From Adineta vaga (taxonomy: Eukaryota; Animalia; Rotifera), in the NCBI GenBank assembly GCA_021613535.1, contig CP075495.1, positions 14,446,001 through 14,510,000 on the forward strand: a DNA stretch of 64,000 bases, read 5' to 3'. The notes under the pieces are model-generated. The model saw nothing but the letters and a program-made list of their open reading frames with translations, made no database searches and was not told the origin of the DNA. Shown one piece after another: positions 12,172 to 23,398 of this stretch. The translations under genes were made by a program, and so were the position numbers. Position 1 is the stretch's first letter, and the number at the start of each line of letters is the position of its first letter.

Positions 12172-12448
12172 AAGGAACTTTGTTGTTTTTTTGTTCTCAA
12201 AAAGAAATTTATTTAGTATAGAATATTCATTTTGTTCAAACAGAATTTGTACAAAATAATCGCGAAAAAAAACGGTCTCATTCGTTTGTTTTTCTCTGCT
12301 ATATGTTTTGTCATATTCTTTCTTTTTAAATTAATTTAAAGAAAAAAAAGAAGCGAAATCACAAAAAGATTTGTTTTATATTCACATATTTATTCGTTCA
12401 TTCGAAGAAGAGAAAAAAAAGATCATGGAGAAAAAGCAATCCTGCAAA

Positions 12449-12839
12449 TCAGATCGATAAGCCAAATACGGAGACAATAGCATACATGGATTTATTTTCC
12501 CAACTGAAATTTAAAATCAATGATTTAGAAAAAGAAAAAAATCATTTGTACTTTTTCTTACCGAACAGTACATGATCCATCAGTTGTATTATCCCAAAAG
12601 CATGAACTTGCTGTATGTAAACCAGCGCCATTTTTTTGCATGATAACACATGAAACAATATATTTAAAAGGTTTATTTAATTTTGTTAAAGAATTGAGAA
12701 TTGCTTCGACAATATTCGATGTCCATGTGTTGATTTTCGCTTGTTGATATGATTGAGATCCAACAGTTGCTTCAATAGATTCTTTAATGACATTTGATAC
12801 TTCATCAACAACAAAACTTGTATCATTTGTATCATCCAT
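12449..12839 (-). CDS. DYNLT1: Dynein light chain Tctex-type 1; 2 exons (12839-12562, 12503-12449), 110 aa
   Basis: [38 protein letters not shown]|[17 protein letters not shown] is near-identical to Tctex-1. Confidence 0.95.
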
Positions 12840-13425
12840 AATTATTTCTATTTGAGTTTAAGATGAAATATTGAAGAAAAATCTGAAAAAAAAAGGGATT
12901 TATGAGAAAAAATCTTCTACCATCTCTCGCGCATGTCAGTGAATATAGACATGGACATTATTTTTCTCTGAATACCTTCAAAATATGTACGATAAAACTG
13001 AATGAGAGCACCTTTCATTCATTCGTTCGTTCGTTCTTTCTTTTCTTTCTTTTTTCTTTCATCTTATCGATAGATACGTCTCTATAGGGACCAAGTTCAC
13101 CAATGCAAGAGAAAGACAGGTATACATAGCAAAATAAACTGAATAAGTGGCACGACGACGTGTGTATATACACACAATCATACATAAATTCCTCTCCGCC
13201 ATCATCACACACGTAAATACATACGTATATCGCAAGCTCTACGCAAACAAAGCAATAGCAAGTCTAGAGAGACTATGTCGAGAGAAAAAAATGAAGAAAA
13301 AAAATGTGCGTACGTGTGTCTACAAGAGAATTCAAATAATGTCTATGTAGAGCGACGATAGCGGTTGCTGTTATTTGAAGAAGAACGGATAGAAGAGAAA
13401 AAAAGAAGAAGAGAATACGAGCATG

Positions 13426-13439
13426 GTGTCCGTGGTAAC
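13426..13439. promoter_or_regulatory. RFX X-box-like element upstream of Tctex-1
   Basis: GTGTCCGTGGTAAC resembles the GTNRCC-N0-3-RGYAAC X-box (one mismatch) and lies ~590 bp upstream of the DYNLT1 ATG. Confidence 0.4.
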
Positions 13440-14988
13440 AGTGTCGATGTTCATTCATCCTTTTTTTTTGAAAATTGTTTTCTACTAAAGTGTTGACGAC
13501 TGGTTGTTAGAAAAAAAAGAAGAAGAAGAAGAAAGATCGATTGGACGAGTACAGCATGAATTGATTTCTTCTTTTTTCTTAAAATTTCAAAAAAGAACTT
13601 AAATGAGAAGAAGAAGAAGAAAAAAACCGAGAAATTGAGATTTTGAAATGTTATTTTAGAGATGATGGCGAGAAATGCTTGAAGAGAATGAAGAATGAGT
13701 AACACTGGCAACAACCAAAACAACATTCGTTCGTTTCTATTTCTTTTCTTTTATGTTCTGTTGTTAAAAAAAATGTAAATGAATGTGTGTTGTGCATGAT
13801 GAAAGTAACAGATGTCGAGATTGGCCTTTAGCGAATAGATCTTCTTACTCTTTTGTTTTTCTTTACATTCTAAAGAAATATAACAGTAAAAAGAAAAAGA
13901 CCGAGAGTATTTAATCTTATATTCAACAAAAGAAAAATCAAGTCTCGACATGTCAAGGAAATCATCTGGCATAAATTGAATACTATTTAAAACAAAACTG
14001 TTTAATTGTTTATCGAAATATCAAATGAGAAAAACATTTTAACCAAAAATCACCTTGACAACTATTGTTTTTCATTAGTTCAGTCAACACATGGAAGACA
14101 TTTATTAGACTGGGAAAAAAACACTTGTTTGACATGTAATTATTTACTGAAATTGTCATTTGTTGATTTTCAAAATAATATCTCGAGTTCAAAACAAAAA
14201 TATTAGATTCGATTTTTCTTTCATCGTCATCAGACACAGAATTTATGCATCAATGAATGTTTAATAATCTAGTGACGTGTATTCAAAGAATGTAAATTAG
14301 ATTGATATTTGTTTGAACAATATGAAAATGAAATAAAAGCAATTGTGTTCACCCTTGATTACAAATATACATTATCATATTTGATTTATAATCAAAACCT
14401 GGATATTCTAATTGTTAAAATTAGGAAAAAGATGAGTTCATTAAAACTATACAGAGGAAGTATATGTCACAATAAGAAAACTCTTGCGTGATTAATTGAC
14501 ATAATCTACGTTCTTTTACACTTGAAATTTGAAACAATAAATCATAGGTTTTTTGATTAACAGAGACTTGTCTTTATTTTAACACATCGTAATCAAGAGA
14601 AATAGGATACTTGTTTTAATTCTATTTTCTCAGGAGATACTGAAATTAATTCACCAAAGAAGAAGCAAAAACCAGGGTTATACTTGAGAAATTCTCATAG
14701 AGTCTCAATTTCTCCCAAAGAATATGAACACGATATTCACTAACGAGAATGAACCATCTTCAAATCTATTATTGATATCAAAACGTATGTATAAATTTAG
14801 TACGTAGTCTATCAAATAGTTCTATGATATTGAGAAGTTCTATTGAGAAAGTATCTGATGATAATTTATTATTAAAATTATTATCAAGAGATTTAACTCT
14901 GATTGCTGAAATGCAAATCTCGGTTGATTTTAATAGAAAACTTGGAAATAAAATGATTCTTTTCTGACATTCGATTTCAATATAACAC

Positions 14989-17506
14989 ATGGAAACTACT
15001 GGTATGAATTATTATTACTGAGAAGTTTTCTTGAGACAAAAATAAGTATAGATTGAATTTCTAAAATACAGAACAAGAAGATTTAGGTCAATTTGCATTT
15101 GATTTCATCTCTAACAAATACTCGGCAAAGAAAGGAGATTAAAATGAACATGTTCTCATCTATATTTCTTCTTCATTCTAATCGAATAACGTGTGTTTGC
15201 TGTTTGATATCTATTAGAAGCTACGGAAATGATGCCAGAACGTGTAGAAACTAAAACATCAATTAATGCCACACATACGAATGATACAAGCCGAAAAACA
15301 AGCACCACGGAGCAATTAGTTCTATTAACATCATCGGCGTTGGCATTACCACCGCCAGCACCGGTGGCTCCGCGAGATTTATGGTCGAATAAAGTCGAAT
15401 TTCTTCTTTCGGTTATTGGTTATGTCGTTGATCTCGGTAAGATAATTGATTAACAATGAAATTCTCTTTGAGTTTCATTATACTTTTTTTAGGTAATGTT
15501 TGGCGATTTCCTTATATGTGTTATAGCAATGGAGGTGGAGCATTTCTTATACCATATATGATATTTTTATGTCTTATTGGTATTCCAATGATGTGAGTGG
15601 AAATGTTTTATGAAAAAGTGAAAAATGTTGAGTTTTTTAAGGTATTTGGAATTATTTCTTGGTCAATTTTATCGTTGTGGAAATATTGCACTTTGGGGAC
15701 GAATTGCTCCATCAATGAAAGGTATTGGAATAGCATCCTTCTGCATTGTAACTGCTGTGACATTATTCTATACAACAATAATTGGTATATAGAAAAACAA
15801 ACAAAAATCTTTCAATTTCCTTCAAACTATTTTCTATACATTTGTTTAGCACATGCAGTTTTTTATTTATTTTCATCATTTCGTGAAGTTATGCCTTGGA
15901 GTTTATGTTCGCATTCCTGGAACACACCATTTTGTTCTGAACGAATGCGTATAGGAAATCTACAAAATCAAACACATGATGTACATTTCAATGATATTCA
16001 ACATCTTCTCTCGTCAAATCAAACTGCACAACTTCGTTCAGCTAATCAAACACATACATCATCAGCAGATGAATACTATCATATTTATATGTTAGGTATT
16101 AATCATTCGAAAGGTTTCACAGATTTGGGTTCCATTAAAATTGATCTACTTCTATGTCTTATATCAATTTTTATTCTTATGTATATGTGTATCTATCGTG
16201 GAGTTAAAAGTACAGGTAAATTTTTCAAATAGTAGAATCCAGAACTTTTTATTTCAAATAACTGAATGATTAATGTGTTTTTAGGCAAAGCTGTTTATGT
16301 TACAGCTATATTACCTTATCTTGTCTTAATTATTTTACTTATCCAAGGTCTTCAATTGAAAGGTGCAAGTAATGGTATAGCCTATTTTTTGAAGCCAACT
16401 TTTAAAAAATTAAAAGATATGAAAGTTTGGTATTCAGCAGCGAATCAAATCTTCTTTACACTTGGTCCAGGAATATCAGTATTAACAACATATGGTTCTT
16501 ATAATGTTTCAAATAATAATTGTTATTATGATGCACTCATTGCTGTGGTTGCAAATTTTCTAGCCAGTTTTCTTGCTGGTTTTGTAGTCTTTTCAGCATT
16601 AGGTCATATGTCATGGCGTTTACAGAAAGATATTGAAACTGTTGTTGATGAAGGGCCAAGTCTGTCATTTATTGCTTATCCAGAAATTTTAGCTACATTT
16701 AAATATCCAACATTCTTTTCGATTTTATTCTTTTTAATGGTACTTAATCTTGGATTAGATAGTGATTTTGGTGGTCTAGAAGCAATGTATTCGGCACTGA
16801 GTGATGAATTTCCATTATTAAAACGGCATCGAAAATCTGGCATGTTAATCATGTGCTGTATACTAATTGTGGCGTGTTTACCAACAGTCACGCAAGGTTA
16901 ATTGAAAAAAAAAAGAATTTATATTAATGAGATATTTATCTTTTACTATTCTTGTTATCTAGGTGGTAATTATGTCGTACAATTCTTGGATCGATTTTCT
17001 ACTGCTCCAGCTCTGATGTTGGTAGTAATGATGGAAGCTATTGCTGCTACTTGGGTAAATTTTGAAACAATAAGAAAAATTGAAAATAGAACGAAATGAT
17101 TTAGATTTATGGAATGGATAATCTTGTAAATGATATTCGTACAAATCTTGGCTTTGAACCGAATCGATTTTTTCGCCTTGCTTGGTCAGTCATATGTCCG
17201 TTAATTATCATTTCATTGATGATTTTATCATTTACATATTCGGATGAATTAAAATATGGTGATTATCAATATCCATCATGGTCCATTGCATTAGGTTGGT
17301 GTATGAATATTGGGTTTATTTTACCTATTCCATTAGCTATTTTATATGCATTTATTTTTCCTTCGTATCCGAATTCGAAAGTTTCCTTGTCCGATCGTTT
17401 TCGTCTTTTATTCGTATCGAATGCTACTAAACGAAAACGGATACAACAGATTGAAAATGGTTCTGGTATTCGATTATCGTCTTCATCACCTATAGCTTAT
17501 GTTTGA
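14989..17506 (+). CDS. SLC6 Na+/Cl- monoamine transporter, serotonin-transporter-like; multi-exon (a 13-nt first coding exon 14989-15001 is tentative; alternative start 15229)
   Basis: TM1 [30 protein letters not shown] has the monoamine-specific Asp and SERT-type GY..DLG; also [45 protein letters not shown]. Confidence 0.9.
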
Positions 17507-17631
17507 TTGTTGTGTATTCGTTCATATATAATTAGATAGTTCTCATCAATAAATATTCTCGATAGATATGTATATTTATGTTTTATTAGTCACTTTTCGT
17601 TTTTCAACACAATCCAACGAACAAAGTTTGA

Positions 17632-17722
17632 GTACGAAGGTACAATGATTCATACTTTCATTCTCACCCACGGTCCGATGGGAATAAAGGAAGACAGCGG
17701 GTGCAAGATTTTACCCTTGTAC
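17632..17722. repeat. Degenerate ~90-bp palindrome (possible MITE relic)
   Basis: GTACGAAGGTACAA versus reverse complement of the right end GTACAAGGGTAAAA (11/14); inner arms CTTTCATTCTCA and TGGGAATAAAG. Confidence 0.3.
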
Positions 17723-18333
17723 ACTTTAACACTCCGTTTCAAATCGTATTTCTCAATCTATAGCATATATTTGATTGTCGTTTCTTCGTTCATTTAAAAT
17801 TAGATAGATCTCATAAATGAATAAATATTCTCTCTGCATCTATATTTATATTGTATTGTTTGGTTTTCTTTCAAAGAAAAGAACAAGCAATTGTTCTATG
17901 TACATAGCAACGTTATCGAATAATACTTATTGATAATTTAAGTAACAATAATTGCCGGTAAAAGTATGAGTGAATTTTCAGAGAAACACACATACATCAA
18001 TCAGTTAAGAAGTTTCTATTGTTCGAATATAAAAAGAATCGGAAACATATCGTACGTACTATGTCTCGCTTATTGTCTGTTTTCTAATAGTCATGGAAAG
18101 TTAATTAAATTCTGTCGTTGAAATAAGAAAATAAACGAATATATATTAATGAGACACTTTGGTCGATATCATATTTATTTGTTCATTTATAATCAGCTAG
18201 TTCTCGGCAATAATTACGGGAAATATATTTTTGTTTATATTTTTTATTTTTCTAGACAGTTTTTTTAATTCTATCTTTTTTTTCAACACAATACAACAAA
18301 GAAAACAGAAATAGTTGTATGTACATAGAAATG

Positions 18334-19443
18334 TTATTGACTAGTAGTTGACGTTTGAAGTAAAGGCAATTTCCGTTGATTATCTTCATGCGATTGAACT
18401 ATTGGTGTTGATATTATCGGTAGTTGATCGGAAATGGGTTTATCATGTTGTTTATCTTCTGTTGATTGTCGCTGAGGTCGAATTAGTTTACAAAAGAGAA
18501 CATTAATAGCTGCATCACGAAAATCACTTGAAGTTAACCAATAGATTATGAATGATGTTACATGACTTGTTGTTGCTAAGTTACTTAAACTCATTGTAAT
18601 TAAATTGCGATGTCGTTTCACTGTTTTACCAAAGAAAATATAAAATATCGCAGCAGGCGAAGTAAATATAATAAAGAATATGGTTATTAATATCAATGTT
18701 TTGGTTAATCGACCACCATCACTTGTTTTTGAACGACGACCAGTTGATGATGAAGACGGAATTCTTGATCGTTGTGTTCGATTACGTGATTCTCTGACGT
18801 GTCGAATAATTAAAATATTTGAAATAATCATTAGAGTAAATGGAATAAAATTATATAATAACAAATGTGCAATTTCCCAAAATTGAAAGTATTGTGATTG
18901 ATAACATTTAACTTCAAGTTTTGTTTGATTATATTCATCTTTAACATATTCATGTTTACCATTAACAATCCAAATAGGAAAATTTAAAACTCCGATAAAT
19001 ATAATAACAAACCAAATCATTCGACGTATGTTTACAGGTTTTGATATCCAATTTTTGAATGACCAATTATTATGTAATGAAGCACAACGAGCAAATGTTG
19101 CTAATGTTTTTAACCAAGCGGCACATTGAAGTGAGAAATAAGAGCCATAGGCGATCAATTTACATATGAATAATGAATGTTGTTCAAGATTTTTCATTGA
19201 AATATTTTTTTGATATTTCCATAATAATTCTCGCACCACATAATTGATGTTCCATGTAAATGGAATTAACAATTCGATAAGTGCTAAATGTGCAAAAACA
19301 ATAATTGTGGCATTTGAACGATTCGGTACAAGTCGAGTAAAAATATAAAAACAAAGAAGATTTAATGGTGTACCAATAAGAATTAGGATCAATGAATAAA
19401 GACCAGCAAGAAAATGAGCAATATCAATTATAGTAATTGTCAT
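18334..19443 (-). CDS. Intronless class-A (rhodopsin-like) orphan GPCR, 369 aa
   Basis: Seven hydrophobic segments; GTPLN in TM1, TM3 Cys, NFIPF in TM5, basic ICL3, SFIIY..TSSDFR helix 8; DRY replaced by ARC. Confidence 0.85.
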   Translation of the reverse strand: MTITIIDIAHFLAGLYSLILILIGTPLNLLCFYIFTRLVPNRSNATIIVFAHLALIELLIPFTWNINYVVRELLWKYQKNISMKNLEQHSLFICKLIAYGSYFSLQCAAWLKTLATFARCASLHNNWSFKNWISKPVNIRRMIWFVIIFIGVLNFPIWIVNGKHEYVKDEYNQTKLEVKCYQSQYFQFWEIAHLLLYNFIPFTLMIISNILIIRHVRESRNRTQRSRIPSSSSTGRRSKTSDGGRLTKTLILITIFFIIFTSPAAIFYIFFGKTVKRHRNLITMSLSNLATTSHVTSFIIYWLTSSDFRDAAINVLFCKLIRPQRQSTEDKQHDKPISDQLPIISTPIVQSHEDNQRKLPLLQTSTTSQ

Positions 19444-22400
19444 TTTGAGTTATCTTAAAAGAAAACAAACAGACAGAAAAAGTCGAATTATTGCGAATAC
19501 AAATTAGGTCTATGTATTTATATATTAACTTCATTAGTTTGATTGAATTATTTATGTGAACTTACTGCTGTGGTATATTTACTATCAGTCAATAAATATA
19601 TGTTAATTCGAATCTTAATTAATAGAAATGAATTTCTTAAAAATTTCTCTATAGAACAAAGTTTGTGATAAATCGATGTTATTTCAAGTACATTTATTTT
19701 CTACCCATTTACACATCAAGGTATTGAATCAATTGAACTATCAAAGGTAATTCGTCGATGTAAAAAGACAAGTGTATATAGTAGAAATATCTTATAAGAA
19801 GAAGAAAAAAAACTACTGAGAGAAATTCTAACTTCACTCACCTTGATGTTATAGAAAATAACATCCAGTTTATCAATGAAGTCTATATATATATATATAT
19901 ATTACTACAAATAAAGTGCTGTCATACTTGAAACCTGTCAAATAATATCGACAGGTGTATCTCGATTTCCGTGTTTTATTTCTAATTTCTTCTCAGTTTA
20001 TAAGCCTGTTAAACGCATGTAGAGGAAATGATAGTGTGGCAATTCGTTACATTTCCCTTTCTCTCTCTGTCTCTCTATCGCGCTTGTAACGCGTCATCGG
20101 CAAATACTTGTTGACTTCTTAAATAGCATTTTTCTCTTTCTTTCTTTCTTTCTTTTCCGTCTTTTTCCGTCTCGTTTTAGATGTCGACAAGCCTTAGATA
20201 TATCGATGCATGTGTGACTGACAGGAACCATCTGAAGAACGTTGATAGACATCATGCAATATTAACACTAGTGCATATTTTTCCATTAACCTTGATCATC
20301 AAAGCTTAGGAGAGAAATTCCATCGACGTATATACCACCTGTATCATTGAAAAAAAACACTTTAAAAACATTATTTCCTATTATAATTTTTCTATTCATA
20401 GTCGATGTCTTTTATATAATTATCATTCTTTCTCTCTCTCTACGTACGTCGATTTTGAGAAAACAAAATGGGCATCTTTAGTTTGTCAATGGCAGCAACC
20501 GTATAGATTAAACAGAAAGAGAAGAACTATAAATGACAATAAACAAATGTTATGTTATTGCTAAGATATATGTAGACCTTCGATATAGAAAAAGAACCTA
20601 AACTAGATCTTATCTCGTGAGATTTCTAAATACACTACAATCTACCAAAAAGAGCTGATGATCATAATTAACTGTTAAATCTTTTTTTAACCTTATTAAA
20701 TTAAGAATGGTTAACACATTTAGTTTTATCTTATCATTTTCTAAGTTTAGTTGATGACAACTATGTTTCAATGTAAACAACTTTTAAAGGTTTTCTCATC
20801 GAAAAATATCTGAGATAACATTCTTCTCTAGTGACTGTAATTAATACTATATTTTTGTCGAAAAAAAAGATTAAATTAGTGATAGATTCGTCTCTATAGG
20901 CTAACAATCATTGTATATTTAAGAAAAAAACAAGAAGTAATTCAAGTACATTCTCTCTTTTCTATTTTTAATCAAAATAAATAGTCATAATTTCTAATCT
21001 TGGAGTAGTAATTGTACTAAACGCAATTAAATGATCGAAAATATCATCTGTACTTAGTATAACCTTGTATTCTCGAAAATAAACGTTCGTAGAAAGAAAA
21101 GATTAGAGATGACATGTTTATTGTATAGATTTTCCTTGCGACAGTTGGGTAAAATGTGTCAAAAGACGGTTAAAGGACAGATGTGGAATGGATCTATCTT
21201 CAACTAATTTATATAACTATTTTCATTTTCAATCGAACATAAAGGATGAAAATTGTATCGAATCCAAACAATATTTTTCATCATCATGTCGATCTGATTA
21301 TTTAATTTAATTATCAAGAAAATCAAATAAATTCAAAAATCTTCTAGTTCTACCCGTAATGATCGGCTATGATGAGAAAAAGAAACATCTTACAAACGGC
21401 AAAACTATCGATGTAAAAAAACAAAATTTCGTCATTATTTAGTATTAGAAATGAATGTACGTTCAATCGCTATATGTCACGCAAGACAAAATCCCATTGG
21501 AGATAATCATTTCTAGAAATATAAATTCTCGATAGATTCTTTCTATTTTTGATCAAAACATTCACTAACTTTAATTTATATATTCGGAAAATGCTTACTG
21601 TCATATCATGTCTTTGCATGACAAATAATTCAAGATAATCGAAGAAAAAAATAAGATGTTCAGATCTGGATTTAATTATAATCTGAATGTTCTTATACAA
21701 ATAGGAATGATTATAATCATAATAACAGGATATGACATATTAGTGCAAACAAATAAAGAAAAAAAGATGACGTAGAAAAATGATTTTAGAAAATGAAAAA
21801 AAAAAGTGCTCTCGATTGATAATAGTTCATTTTTGTCTTTTTCCACTAGAAGACTTCTCAATGAGATCTTTTCTTTTTATAGAAAGTAATTACAAAAAAT
21901 AAATTACGGTCTATTTAAAACTAAAACAAAGATTATTTCTGATGATTTCAATCGATAAAAAAAAAGCATATACGTAAAATTGTTCTATTCCCAGGATCGT
22001 CTCGAAAAGCAAATGTTTGTCCTGTGAGAATAGCAAAATGAAGATTACTATCATGTCTTTCAATACAGGCAATCAAAGAATAGCTGAGAAAAAAATATAT
22101 TCAATGGTTTAGATTAAACTATGAACATCAGCAACGTTTTCAGTATATTCTAATCGAACAAATCAATCTCGATTAAGCACGATTTAGAAGAAAGTGTATA
22201 TCCTGCCATCGTTTGTATGAATACATACTGTTTTTCTTAATACATAGAGAAATTTTCATGGATAATTGAGTTGTAATGAGAATAGTCCATTTTTTACCAA
22301 GAAGAAGATTTTCGCACTTATTTATATAGAAAAAAATAATCAATACTTGTGTAGAGTAGTGGAATAATTATTCTAGAAGGAAATATCACGAAGTCAATGA

Positions 22401-22702
22401 TGTAGAATTCATTGTGAAGAAGAAAGAAAAGAGGAATTATTGTGTATGAGTCAGATAGTTTACTTTGAAAATGATCACAAATATATTCAATTTATTATGC
22501 ATTTCCTATTTCATAAATATAAACAATGTTGTGTTCGAATCAGTTTCTTGAAAGAATATGTAAATTAATCTTTAAGTTTTATTAATTCATTATGAATATT
22601 AGTTCGAATATGTCGAAGACTTTATTTTTTCTGTAAATGATTCAATTTTAATCGTATGACAAAAAAATAAAGTTCAAGAGGAGTTAAAACTTATCTGTCT
22701 TT

Positions 22703-23101
22703 CTAACCTCGCATCGCATGGAAACCTTGTGACACATATCGTCTATCGTCATCATGTAAGTGACGTAGTGGTACATGAAATCGATGGTCAGCTTGTAATA
22801 AAGCAGCTTTTAACATAAGACTAGCAAGACGATTTCGTAATGCAATGGGATATTCATCTGTATTGAGATCATGCAATGTCGATAACAATGGTGATGATTG
22901 CCATGGAATATGTTTTGGACGATAATTTTCTGCATATAATCGTTTGTCAAGATTGAAATTGTTTTGATTGATATCAATAGGAGAGATTGGTGATGAAAAG
23001 GAATATGAAAAGAAAGAAATGAACATCACGGTGATTAAAGTTATCGTATGCATTCGTGAGAATGATGATGAACTAACGTCAATGAGTTGAAAAAATGCCA
23101 T
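22703..23101 (-). CDS. Neuropeptide precursor predicted to yield YVSQGFHAMR-amide (tachykinin/natalisin-like FxxxR-amide); start at 23101 or 23053
   Basis: Signal peptide MHTITLITVMFISFFSYSFS, a KR site, and C-terminal DDD-RR-YVSQGFHAMR-G-stop (dibasic cleavage plus amidation Gly). Confidence 0.8.
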   Translation of the reverse strand: MAFFQLIDVSSSSFSRMHTITLITVMFISFFSYSFSSPISPIDINQNNFNLDKRLYAENYRPKHIPWQSSPLLSTLHDLNTDEYPIALRNRLASLMLKAALLQADHRFHVPLRHLHDDDRRYVSQGFHAMRG

Positions 23102-23310
23102 GTCTGAAAAATGAAAAAGAATTTTGTTTTTTGATCTAAAGATTAGATACAACTAGAGTTCTATATGAATAATGAATTAATATGTCTCTTACATTTCTTC
23201 GCTCAAATTATGTAGTTGAAGAATGTGATATGTAATTACCTGTGTATTTAAATCGTTGAATATATTCAACCGAAATTTAATGCCATGAAAATCTGTTTTC
23301 TTCAAAACTG

Positions 23311-23398
23311 TTATATACAAATGTATTAGATGTGGAAAGACGTAAAAATATTACACAAATGACGTCAAATTCGATACCTATGGAGTCATATTACGTAA
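23311..23398 (-). promoter_or_regulatory. Putative promoter of the neuropeptide gene: TATA, CRE and bZIP palindrome
   Basis: TATATAA on the minus strand at 23311-23317; perfect CRE TGACGTCA at 23360-23367; TTACGTAA at 23391-23398; a 5'UTR donor (CAG|GTAATT near 23238) and an acceptor (TTTCAG) just before the ATG. Confidence 0.55.

Noticed and set aside
12902-14990. Cluster of short Phe/Lys-rich ORFs
   Set aside because: Low-complexity (GAA)n and poly-A promoter/UTR sequence with no domain signal.
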